IMG/VR virus record: IMGVR_UViG_3300028534_000002
Reading direction: 5' to 3' (one strand)
DNA: 64,000 bases
Source of the DNA: a virus
Both the position numbers and the translations under genes were made by a program. Under the pieces are notes generated by a model, which saw only the letters and a program-made list of their open reading frames with translations, had not been told where the DNA came from and did not search any database. Positions 19,673-27,057 of this stretch are shown here, in pieces. The stretch's first letter is position 1, and each line of letters starts with the position of its first letter.

Positions 19673-21022
19673 TTATATTTGATTTGGTGTAAGAAGGTTG
19701 TATGTATCAACAACAGCATCACCACCACCAATTTGTAACACCTCTGGTGTTTCCTCTGTTCTGTCAGCAAAGATCATTGCAGCATAGTTTACTTGAGTGT
19801 CAAACAATTTTTGATACTTTATATCATCGTATGAATCTTTTTGTCTTGTGTACAATTGGTTCTGAATACCCATTTGTTCAATCTTCTTGGCTGGCATAGA
19901 GTCATCTGCATTGTAATTACCAGCGTTAACTTCTTCTTGAAATGCTTTTGCATGAGCCATATCTTTTTCATATACTTGGATGTTATCATGATAGTATGTC
20001 TTGATTGAGCATTCAGCATTTTGTACACATGCTTGAGCATTGGTTAGCGACACTTGTGATGGAAGAACATTGTCAAGCTCATATTGTTTCATGTCAAGTT
20101 CTTTTTCTGCAAGATCAAGCTCTTTGTCCTTAAGTAGCAATTCTTTATCTTTCATTGCAAGCTCTTTATCTGCCAAATCAAGTTCTCTATCTTTTAGATC
20201 TACATTTTTTTGTGCGATCTCTCTATTTGCAACAAGCGTCAATTTCTCTTCTGGTTGCATTTCATCCTTGTAGTATATTTTTATTTCACAGTCAGTTGAC
20301 TTTATACAGTGCTCATCATCAAGTATACTCTTTTCTACTGTTTGCATTTCATCTTTGTAGTACGATCTTATACCTAACTCAGTTTCTTTTGCAGAGTGGT
20401 CATCATCAAGCAACGTTGCTTGTTTTGGAAGAATGTTATCAAGATTATATTGAGCCGTATTATTGTTTATCTCTGATCCATCATACTGGCTCTGTGTTAG
20501 TTGGTGCACTATATGCTGGTTCTCTACTTGCTCAACAAGCATTTCGTGATCAAGTGGCTTAATGTAATTTAGATCAAACATTTTAAGCTTTCTATCTTCT
20601 TGCATAGTTGCTACACCAAGCTTTGCTGCTTCTATTTCATATAGTTTTTGAACCATATCAAGAGATCGCTGCTTATCTGCCTGCTTCACTTCATTAGTTC
20701 TAAATACCCAATCAAGTGAACCAGTCAGTGCTGTTTGTATCAATGATGAGTATACTTGACCTGCAGTTGTTCTGTCAAGCTCACTCCTATTTATCATGTC
20801 ATTAACATGCACCCTTAACAGCTCAAGAAGGTCTCCAAGGACTCCGCCATCTGAAAGTGTCTTTGAGCCGACAAGCTCATCAACGGAGATTGATAGACCA
20901 CCTGGATCAATATTATCAACTATCTCATTTGTTGCTGTTACTCCATTTGAGTCGGCGTATCCAGTGTCAAGATCTGACACTTTCTCGCTATAATCCGTAT
21001 CTCCGTGATAAGGTATTGCCAT
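19673..21022 (-). CDS. coiled-coil virion protein with internal repeats (449 aa)
   Basis: Repeats KDRELDLADKEL / KDKELLLKDKELDLAEKEL and I(R/K)xYYKDEMQ seen in the translation. Tightly packed with the neighbouring genes. Confidence 0.7.
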   Translation of the reverse strand: MAIPYHGDTDYSEKVSDLDTGYADSNGVTATNEIVDNIDPGGLSISVDELVGSKTLSDGGVLGDLLELLRVHVNDMINRSELDRTTAGQVYSSLIQTALTGSLDWVFRTNEVKQADKQRSLDMVQKLYEIEAAKLGVATMQEDRKLKMFDLNYIKPLDHEMLVEQVENQHIVHQLTQSQYDGSEINNNTAQYNLDNILPKQATLLDDDHSAKETELGIRSYYKDEMQTVEKSILDDEHCIKSTDCEIKIYYKDEMQPEEKLTLVANREIAQKNVDLKDRELDLADKELAMKDKELLLKDKELDLAEKELDMKQYELDNVLPSQVSLTNAQACVQNAECSIKTYYHDNIQVYEKDMAHAKAFQEEVNAGNYNADDSMPAKKIEQMGIQNQLYTRQKDSYDDIKYQKLFDTQVNYAAMIFADRTEETPEVLQIGGGDAVVDTYNLLTPNQI

Positions 21023-21023
21023 A

Positions 21024-21599
21024 TTAGATTCCTTGCGCTTCTCTTAATTGTTGTCTTTTAGCAATGGCCTCAAGCTCCGCTTTTGTTGGCATAGGAAGGA
21101 AGTCAACTTTGTATGCTGGTTTTGGTGCACCAACTTGAGCAACCTGCGTCCTCTTGTTATCTACTTTTTGATATCTTACTGACTGAAGGTTCTTGATGCA
21201 TCCCATAGGTAAAAACCATGGAGTTCCAAATACAACTCTGTTTGTATGCATTCCAACGATAGCATTACCCCATGTGATAAAAACAACTCTGTTTGAGTCA
21301 TCATTCTCATATGTTTCAATTTTTCTTAACTCAGTTACTTCAACTCTATGTAAAGCCATTAGTTCTCTTTTTAACTCTGCTCGTGTCTTTTTCTTCGACT
21401 TCTTTTTTTCGTCAACAGATTTTGCATCAGAAAATTCTCTGTTAAAATCATCTTCTACTTTATTTATCGCATTTGCAATTTCCTGCTTTGTTGGCTTATC
21501 TGGATCCTTTGCTTCTGGGAACCAGTGCAATCCATAGTCTTCTTCTGCAATCTTAAGTAAGTCATCTTTTGAATATTTAGAAATATCTTCTATCTTCAT
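21024..21599 (-). CDS. hypothetical virion-module protein (191 aa)
   Basis: ORF with AAGGA-type RBS, 1 nt upstream of the next gene. First conserved-block gene after the accessory island. Confidence 0.7.
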   Translation of the reverse strand: MKIEDISKYSKDDLLKIAEEDYGLHWFPEAKDPDKPTKQEIANAINKVEDDFNREFSDAKSVDEKKKSKKKTRAELKRELMALHRVEVTELRKIETYENDDSNRVVFITWGNAIVGMHTNRVVFGTPWFLPMGCIKNLQSVRYQKVDNKRTQVAQVGAPKPAYKVDFLPMPTKAELEAIAKRQQLREAQGI

Positions 21600-21660
21600 C
21601 CTGTTTGTCCTTGTGTTAAATTTGTACTATTGTATCATATGGAAGTTTAGGAGGAGATTT

Positions 21661-21681
21661 GAACCAGAAGAGTACTGGTTC
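21661..21681. repeat. GAACCAG-n7-CTGGTTC hairpin
   Basis: Perfect 7-8 bp inverted repeat preceded on the + strand by GATTT. Lies between the 225-aa gene and the 191-aa gene. Confidence 0.8.
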
Positions 21682-21709
21682 ATTGGAGTTGTTCTATGCT
21701 GTTTGTTTT

Positions 21710-21732
21710 AACTCCCCCTCTAAAGGGGAGTT
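21710..21732 (-). terminator. hairpin after the 225-aa gene (candidate terminator)
   Basis: AACTCCCC-n7-GGGGAGTT, 8-bp stem, about 45 nt past the stop. Confidence 0.5.
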
Positions 21733-21774
21733 AGATTTGTTATAAGTAGGTCGCTGATTTATTGGATGGATGGA

Positions 21775-22452
21775 CTAAACTTTAAAGAGTTTGTCGATAG
21801 CTTTTTCTTTCACAAGTAATGTGCCTTTTTTGCCATGAAATGATTTTCCTTCTACTGGAAGTCTTACTTGCCTTGTTACGACTTTTGTATCAATCAACCC
21901 CTTATCTGACATCATGTCGAGAAGTTCAGTTGCCGTAATGTTAAGTTCTGGATGCTCTTTAACGTATCTTGATGCGGTGATAAATTCTTCATCCCAGTCG
22001 TTAAATTTGTCTAGCTCTAGTTTATTAACTTTCTTCTCAAGCTTCTTGATAAGTCTTTGTTGCTCTTTGTGCTTCATTAGGGCTAGTTCGAATTTTGTTG
22101 CAAAGAAATCTGCTATAAGATTTGCTTTATGCTCTTTAACTTGTTTTGTGTTTCTCATTAATGCCAATAGTAACTCTACATGTGGCTGATACAATCTAAC
22201 ACGATTCCAATTGATTTCATTTCTATTTTCTTTTTCAACTAATTCCAATTTTGGTATCTGTATTTGGTCGGATTTTAAATCCACCCGATTTTTTATGTTC
22301 TCAATTATTCTATCTGGAAGCTCATCAAACAACTTCACATTTCTAGTAATTAATTTCTGAACTGCATCTAAGCTTACTTCGCAATATTCTGCTATATCAG
22401 TTACTACTGCGTAAGAATCTCCATTGGTGTCTTGTTTTATGATTTTGCTCAT
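21775..22452 (-). CDS. putative DNA-binding protein: N-terminal HTH plus C-terminal KilAC-like antirepressor-type domain (225 aa)
   Basis: N-terminus TDIAEYCEVSLDAVQKLI looks like a helix-turn-helix. C-terminus ITATELLDMMSDKGLIDTKVVTRQVRLPVEGKSF...GTLLVKEKAIDKL resembles the KilA-C pattern as I remember it. RBS AAAGGA. Confidence 0.45.
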   Translation of the reverse strand: MSKIIKQDTNGDSYAVVTDIAEYCEVSLDAVQKLITRNVKLFDELPDRIIENIKNRVDLKSDQIQIPKLELVEKENRNEINWNRVRLYQPHVELLLALMRNTKQVKEHKANLIADFFATKFELALMKHKEQQRLIKKLEKKVNKLELDKFNDWDEEFITASRYVKEHPELNITATELLDMMSDKGLIDTKVVTRQVRLPVEGKSFHGKKGTLLVKEKAIDKLFKV

Positions 22453-22497
22453 AAAATATCCTTTAAAATAATTTATGTGATTCCGTCAAAGTAGGGT

Positions 22498-22597
22498 ATC
22501 AGGACTTTCACCTGATTGCTTTTCGTCATACTGTGGGTAGAGTAGTTTTCATACTCTGTAATTCCGTGAAGTTTGGGTTGGATAGTCTTTCATATCC
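22498..22597. promoter_or_regulatory. array of three tandem hairpins with different stems but conserved loops and flanks
   Basis: On the + strand: GGGT-ATCAGG-actttca-CCTGAT (22498-22516), GGGT-AGAGTA-gttttca-TACTCT (22539-22557), GGGTT-GGATA-gtctttca-TATCC (22580-22597). ATTCCGT(c/g)AA is repeated between the units. Lies in the 5' leader of the 225-aa gene. Confidence 0.75.
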
Positions 22598-22607
22598 GTA
22601 GAAGTAT

Positions 22608-22616
22608 ATTATAGCA
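22608..22616 (-). promoter_or_regulatory. extended -10 sigma70-type promoter element (TGcTATAAT on the minus strand)
   Basis: Read directly; there is no good -35. It would start a transcript about 145 nt upstream of the 225-aa gene, spanning the three hairpins. Confidence 0.4.
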
Positions 22617-22628
22617 TATATTTGATTT

Positions 22629-22651
22629 GAACCAGTCAATGCAACTGGTTC
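22629..22651. repeat. GAACCAGT-n7-ACTGGTTC hairpin
   Basis: Perfect 8-bp arms (9 with the flanking T/A), preceded on the + strand by GATTT. Lies just past the micropeptide stop. Confidence 0.8.
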
Positions 22652-22663
22652 ATGAGAGTTTGG

Positions 22664-22711
22664 TTAGCGTTTACGTTTACCGCCACCTTTTTTCTTGGTT
22701 TTACAAGCCAT
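22664..22711 (-). CDS. 15-aa highly basic micropeptide MACKTKKKGGGKRKR (candidate small ORF)
   Basis: ATG preceded by AAAGGAG at 6-nt spacing; 15 codons then TAA. Bracketed by the two GAACCAGT hairpins at 22773-22799 and 22629-22651. Below the size cutoff of the ORF track. Confidence 0.4.
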   Translation of the reverse strand: MACKTKKKGGGKRKR

Positions 22712-22772
22712 GGTGATCTCCTTTCATAGTTTGTAAGTTAATTATATTGTATTTTACTTTATGGATTGATTT

Positions 22773-22799
22773 GAACCAGTGAGAGAGGTTGACTGGTTC
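22773..22799. repeat. GAACCAGT-n11-ACTGGTTC hairpin
   Basis: Perfect 8-9 bp arms, preceded on the + strand by GATTT. Lies 17 nt past the J-domain gene stop. Confidence 0.8.
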
Positions 22800-22816
22800 A
22801 TAATGGATTATTGTTA

Positions 22817-23902
22817 CTACAAGAAAGCTTTGTTTACTTTATCGAGAGCAGATTCTCTTTTTGTCTTCCTTCCATTCTTCTTTGTTGGCTCTTTTTTTAT
22901 GATACATTCTTTATCTAAATACTGCTTCAGCACTCTCATGTTTGCCTCGGCAATCAAAAAGTCTCTATCTGTTCCTCCTTTGTCTGGGTGATTCTCTGAT
23001 AATATCTTTTTTCTGAACGTTTTGTATTTCGATTCAGTGTTTAGCGTTTTTATAAAATCTTCATCAATGCTATATGTACTCTTTATTCTCTCTATTGGCT
23101 TGTCAGAGAATGCTATTGCAAGTATGTTTCCGTTATATTTAGCGTTCATTTCTGAGAATGTTAAGTATTCGGCTTCTAGTATAGCTTTGAGTTTTTTTTC
23201 TTCAGCAATCTTGTTTGCAATCTCTTCGCCTTTCTTGACGGCATTTGTATCTGCGAAGTCAATAAATTCACATAAAATTTCTTCACCATTTTCTTCTGTT
23301 TCTTTTACGCTGATATACTCCGCGTGAACCTTAAGCACATCCTCTCTCCATGAGCCGTTTCCGAATAAAACGTGTTTAAAATCATACACATGATTAACCT
23401 TTATTACATCAACCTTCATCGTTTTTGCATCTTCGTCATACCCGTCATAGTTTATAACCTGTTCACCGTGTTGCATCTGTGCAAGAAGGTATACTGCTTC
23501 AATATCCTCTCTTGCTATGCCTTTGCCTGTCAAATTGTATATTGTACCAATAGTAACACCTTTGCCCGTAGTGCTGTTGTAGTCAAAAAAGTATAACGTA
23601 CAATAGAACGGACCAATAATTTGAACAAGGTATGGTCTATCTTCTTTTGAATAGTCAGAAAGGTTTTCGTGTGCATCGACGTATTCTGCAAAGTCATTCA
23701 GTAGTCTTGTTTGTTTTCTGTTTAACTTTTTATTGTATTTTCTCAGCGTTTTCAGGATATGCTTTGAGTCGTTGTATAGTGACATATACTCTTCTTTTCC
23801 AAACTCTTCCTTTAGCATTCTCTTTGCCTCAATAAGGTTACCGTTAAAAGTAACCATAAGTTTCTTCGCTTTCATTAATTTAATTTTATAGTCTTTAGTC
23901 AT
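22817..23902 (-). CDS. phage J-domain (DnaJ-like co-chaperone) protein, 361 aa
   Basis: The C-terminal segment YKTFRKKILSENHPDKGGTDRDFLIAEANMRVLKQYL carries the canonical HPD tripeptide between two helices. The start overlaps the upstream endonuclease stop by 1 nt (TAATG). Confidence 0.7.
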   Translation of the reverse strand: MTKDYKIKLMKAKKLMVTFNGNLIEAKRMLKEEFGKEEYMSLYNDSKHILKTLRKYNKKLNRKQTRLLNDFAEYVDAHENLSDYSKEDRPYLVQIIGPFYCTLYFFDYNSTTGKGVTIGTIYNLTGKGIAREDIEAVYLLAQMQHGEQVINYDGYDEDAKTMKVDVIKVNHVYDFKHVLFGNGSWREDVLKVHAEYISVKETEENGEEILCEFIDFADTNAVKKGEEIANKIAEEKKLKAILEAEYLTFSEMNAKYNGNILAIAFSDKPIERIKSTYSIDEDFIKTLNTESKYKTFRKKILSENHPDKGGTDRDFLIAEANMRVLKQYLDKECIIKKEPTKKNGRKTKRESALDKVNKAFL

Positions 23903-25476
23903 TACGCCATCTCCTTATATTCAAATCTATATTCATTCCAATCTTTTCCATCTCTAAGTCTTCTTGTCAGTGTTGCATTGGCTATTCCATATTTATCGCA
24001 TATATCTTTTTGTTTATTGAGCGTGTCTATATGTTTTCCATTCTTATATATGAGTATGTCTTTACCTGCCATCCTTACCTGTTTGACTGGTTCAACATGT
24101 TCATCGAAGCTCCATAAGTAACCTCCTGCGTGCTTTCTCTTTCCGTTGCACACTGCACCAATATGTCCTATTCCTGTCTCTTTTGAAGCCTCTGTAATAC
24201 TATTGAACTTTGCAATTAGCTCTCCATCCAATGTGAACTGATAGACCTCTTTCTGTTTTGATGGCATAGTGTATTCTCTGCATGACCATCCAGTAGCTTT
24301 TTTGTGCGATGATTTAGGAGTGACTGGTTCAATATGTGCTTTTGTAATCTCTTTTGCCTCCTGTTTAGTTTTATACGCTTTGTCAAGCTTCTTGAGGTTT
24401 TCATACGCCTGTTTTGCAAGTTGAGCTTTTACAGCCTCTCTCTGTTTTGCTTTTTCTTCTTTAGCTCTCTTATCTTCAAAATAGTTTATAGCAACAAGCA
24501 CAGGTTTGCTATCGTCTAGTATTCTTGTTATTTCGCCAATGTCATCATTGTTTAGCTCGAACCATTCTCTGAAGATGTTTTTGTCAGAATATTTGTCATG
24601 CAAAAACTTTTCAACGGTTGTTACGAAGTCTATTTCTTCTGAGACATACAAGAGCTCTATACCGTTTGGGTTGGAGTTTTTTAGTGACGATATTCTTTTT
24701 TCAATATCATGAGTTATTCCTATCTTGTGTGCAATTGAGATTTCGTTATCTTTAATGTATGGAGTTGTAACAATATAAACTTTATCACTTGCAGTCATTG
24801 ACTTCAATGATAGCAACTCTTCTATGACTTTATCTCTCTGGTTCTCAGTAAGCTTATATACTGTTTTTGTTCTAGGCGACAACCCTTTGAAATCGTTTTC
24901 ATCAAACACATCTTTGTATTTTTCTATTGAGGACATAAGTGCTCTGTTTATTAGCTCAAAGTTTGCACTTAGCTCTGCCCCTAACTTTGCTGTATTTGAA
25001 CCAGTCCAAGATAAAGCCTTTAATCTAATAGCTTCTTTTGTTTTATCTGAGGCATCGAAGTATGAATTCTCTTTTGAGTGTGGAAGATCTTTATTTTTCT
25101 TTAGCAATTTTGTTCTTCCATTTACTGCGTACATTCTAATGTTTGAAAAACAATTGTACATATCAGTAACAAAATCATGAAGACTTTTCCACTCTGAATC
25201 GTTTTTTACAGAAGTGTTCCATATCTTTTTTAATAAACTATAGTATGGTTTTGAGCTTAGGCCATGAGTTCTTCTTGCATCACCATCATACTCTCTATTG
25301 ATTGAGCCTGCTGATAGAGCTTTTGATTTGCACTCTTTTGATCCACATGTTTTATTTACTTTGCCGTGACTCATTCTTTTTACTACATGATTATTGCATA
25401 TTGGGCACTCAAATAGTCCTTGTCTTACTCTTTGATTATTTAGTCTGGTTGGTTCAACTTCTTTAATAAGCTTCAT
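23902..25476 (-). CDS. free-standing homing endonuclease-like protein (Zn finger + T5orf172/GIY-YIG-superfamily nuclease + NUMOD-like HTH repeats), 524 aa
   Basis: CPICN...CGSKEC at the N-terminus. Central HKIGITHDIEKRISSLKNSNP...FLHDKY...FREWFEL matches the T5orf172 pattern. Two C-terminal repeats of the type ...ASKETGIGHIGAVCNGKRKHAGGYLWSF. Inserted just downstream of the capsid gene. Confidence 0.75.
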   Translation of the reverse strand: MKLIKEVEPTRLNNQRVRQGLFECPICNNHVVKRMSHGKVNKTCGSKECKSKALSAGSINREYDGDARRTHGLSSKPYYSLLKKIWNTSVKNDSEWKSLHDFVTDMYNCFSNIRMYAVNGRTKLLKKNKDLPHSKENSYFDASDKTKEAIRLKALSWTGSNTAKLGAELSANFELINRALMSSIEKYKDVFDENDFKGLSPRTKTVYKLTENQRDKVIEELLSLKSMTASDKVYIVTTPYIKDNEISIAHKIGITHDIEKRISSLKNSNPNGIELLYVSEEIDFVTTVEKFLHDKYSDKNIFREWFELNNDDIGEITRILDDSKPVLVAINYFEDKRAKEEKAKQREAVKAQLAKQAYENLKKLDKAYKTKQEAKEITKAHIEPVTPKSSHKKATGWSCREYTMPSKQKEVYQFTLDGELIAKFNSITEASKETGIGHIGAVCNGKRKHAGGYLWSFDEHVEPVKQVRMAGKDILIYKNGKHIDTLNKQKDICDKYGIANATLTRRLRDGKDWNEYRFEYKEMA

Positions 25477-25617
25477 CTAATTCTCCTTGTTTTGTTTAGA
25501 TAAGATAATTATACGGTAGTTTGGATTAGAAGAAGTTGAAAAATTGAAATTTTGGTTGGATTTTTTTAGTTCTATATTTATTAGTTGTTTTGCTACTTAA
25601 CTGTGTTATGAAATTTT

Positions 25618-25648
25618 GGGTCAGCTTAAGTTTTTTCTAAGCTAACCC
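25618..25648 (-). terminator. hairpin after the capsid gene (terminator or processing site)
   Basis: 11-bp stem GGGTCAGCTTA / TAAGCTAACCC with one mismatch. The mismatch is C-A on the + strand but G-U on the minus strand, consistent with minus-strand RNA. Confidence 0.55.
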
Positions 25649-25673
25649 ATTGTAAAATATGGTTACTTATGCA

Positions 25674-27032
25674 CTAGGCCACCTTGCCGCTCACGAGCAT
25701 CGTTCTAATGTGTTCAGGTTTGTTCACAAGTAGTCCGAAGTACCAGTCAATCGCAATTGAACCGCGATCTCCATGATTATCAATACCAGGAATAACTCTA
25801 GGAGCACCATGTTTGACACGAGCAACTTCACCTTGAAGAGCATATGTTTCAAATGAATCACTACCAACAACCAACATTGGGAATACGTCATAATGACCAT
25901 CTGTTACGTGCATGTTTGCTCCGCTATCTTCAATTCCGTCGCCATCATTGTCAGCTCCGTCAGTTGCATCCGCACCTTCACCTTTGAATACTGGCATGTC
26001 ATGAACTGAGATGAATCTGAAGTCACCAATTCGTCCAATTTCTCCATCTGCTGTTGTAGATGTTTTATTAATAACGGTTGAACCAGCAGGCGCAATTCCA
26101 GCACCATCAGCATATTCAGCTACATCTTGGAATAAGACTTTACCATTGTGTTCAAGATCTTCTAGTGTAGGAATAAGCTCTTGTGGAACAAAGATGTATC
26201 GTGCAGAACGAATTGTAACAGTATCAATCTTTGTTGAACCAGTCACCATGTTTGTATCAACAGGACATCTTGCTTCATTGAGTGACTGCTTAAGCATACG
26301 AAGCATTGGGAATGTTAACTGACATGTTTCATCAACTTCTTCGATAGTTGTCGCTCCACCACCATAAGTAGCATTTTGCATACCTTGAGTAATTAACTCA
26401 TTTCTGATCTGTGCTTCACGAATATCGGCATATGCTTCTGCAACTTTTTGCACTTGCTTTGTCAATAAAGATGTATCGGTATCAAGATCCATTGCTGCTC
26501 TAGTATATTGAATAGCAAAACCAAATCGATTAATACGTGCCTCAACGATATCACGCTTTGTACCAACGATGTTTACGGCTCCACCCTCTTCACCAAGAAT
26601 TGGGAATGCTCCAGTCTGTACGTTAAAGTCTCGACTTGAACCAAATAGGTTACCATCACCTTTTTGTACACGTACTTGACCTGCTCGCGCTTTAGCTTCA
26701 GCAAGCGTATCATGCTCTTGTCTTGTTGCTGGATCAGTTGGATCTGTCCAAGAGTACCATTTTCCAGGAACCATTTTTACACCATTTGCATCAATACCTT
26801 GATCGTTGATGTTTGCATCATGTAGAATTGGATATTCTCGATACTTCTTGATTTTTACACCATAGTTCTTTGGTTGCTTTCGTGCAGCACCCATTTGAGA
26901 GAACACTTTTTTCTTTGCTGCTTCAAGTACTGCGAATCTAGACCAATGAAAGTCATTTAGCTGAGCACCAACACTTGAAGTTGCTGGATCTAATCCACCA
27001 TCGTTATACACTTGTCCGTTAAAATCGGCCAT
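25674..27032 (-). CDS. major capsid protein (452 aa)
   Basis: Strong RBS AAGGAA. Lies immediately downstream of the acidic scaffold-like gene and downstream of the portal, as in N4-like genomes. Visibly higher GC and more G/C-ending codons than its neighbours. Followed by the hairpin at 25618-25648. Call is positional and compositional, not homology-verified. Confidence 0.65.
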   Translation of the reverse strand: MADFNGQVYNDGGLDPATSSVGAQLNDFHWSRFAVLEAAKKKVFSQMGAARKQPKNYGVKIKKYREYPILHDANINDQGIDANGVKMVPGKWYSWTDPTDPATRQEHDTLAEAKARAGQVRVQKGDGNLFGSSRDFNVQTGAFPILGEEGGAVNIVGTKRDIVEARINRFGFAIQYTRAAMDLDTDTSLLTKQVQKVAEAYADIREAQIRNELITQGMQNATYGGGATTIEEVDETCQLTFPMLRMLKQSLNEARCPVDTNMVTGSTKIDTVTIRSARYIFVPQELIPTLEDLEHNGKVLFQDVAEYADGAGIAPAGSTVINKTSTTADGEIGRIGDFRFISVHDMPVFKGEGADATDGADNDGDGIEDSGANMHVTDGHYDVFPMLVVGSDSFETYALQGEVARVKHGAPRVIPGIDNHGDRGSIAIDWYFGLLVNKPEHIRTMLVSGKVA

Positions 27033-27057
27033 AATAGTTCCTTATGTGTTATATTTT

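Noticed and set aside
22498-22800. Possible CRISPR-like array (regularly spaced hairpins)
   Set aside because: The repeating units have different stem sequences and only three copies. There are no identical direct repeats separated by unique spacers.
25674-27032. Higher GC of the capsid gene as a sign of horizontal acquisition
   Set aside because: The shift is confined to one very highly expressed gene and is carried mainly by G/C-ending synonymous codons. Expression-linked codon bias is the simpler explanation.
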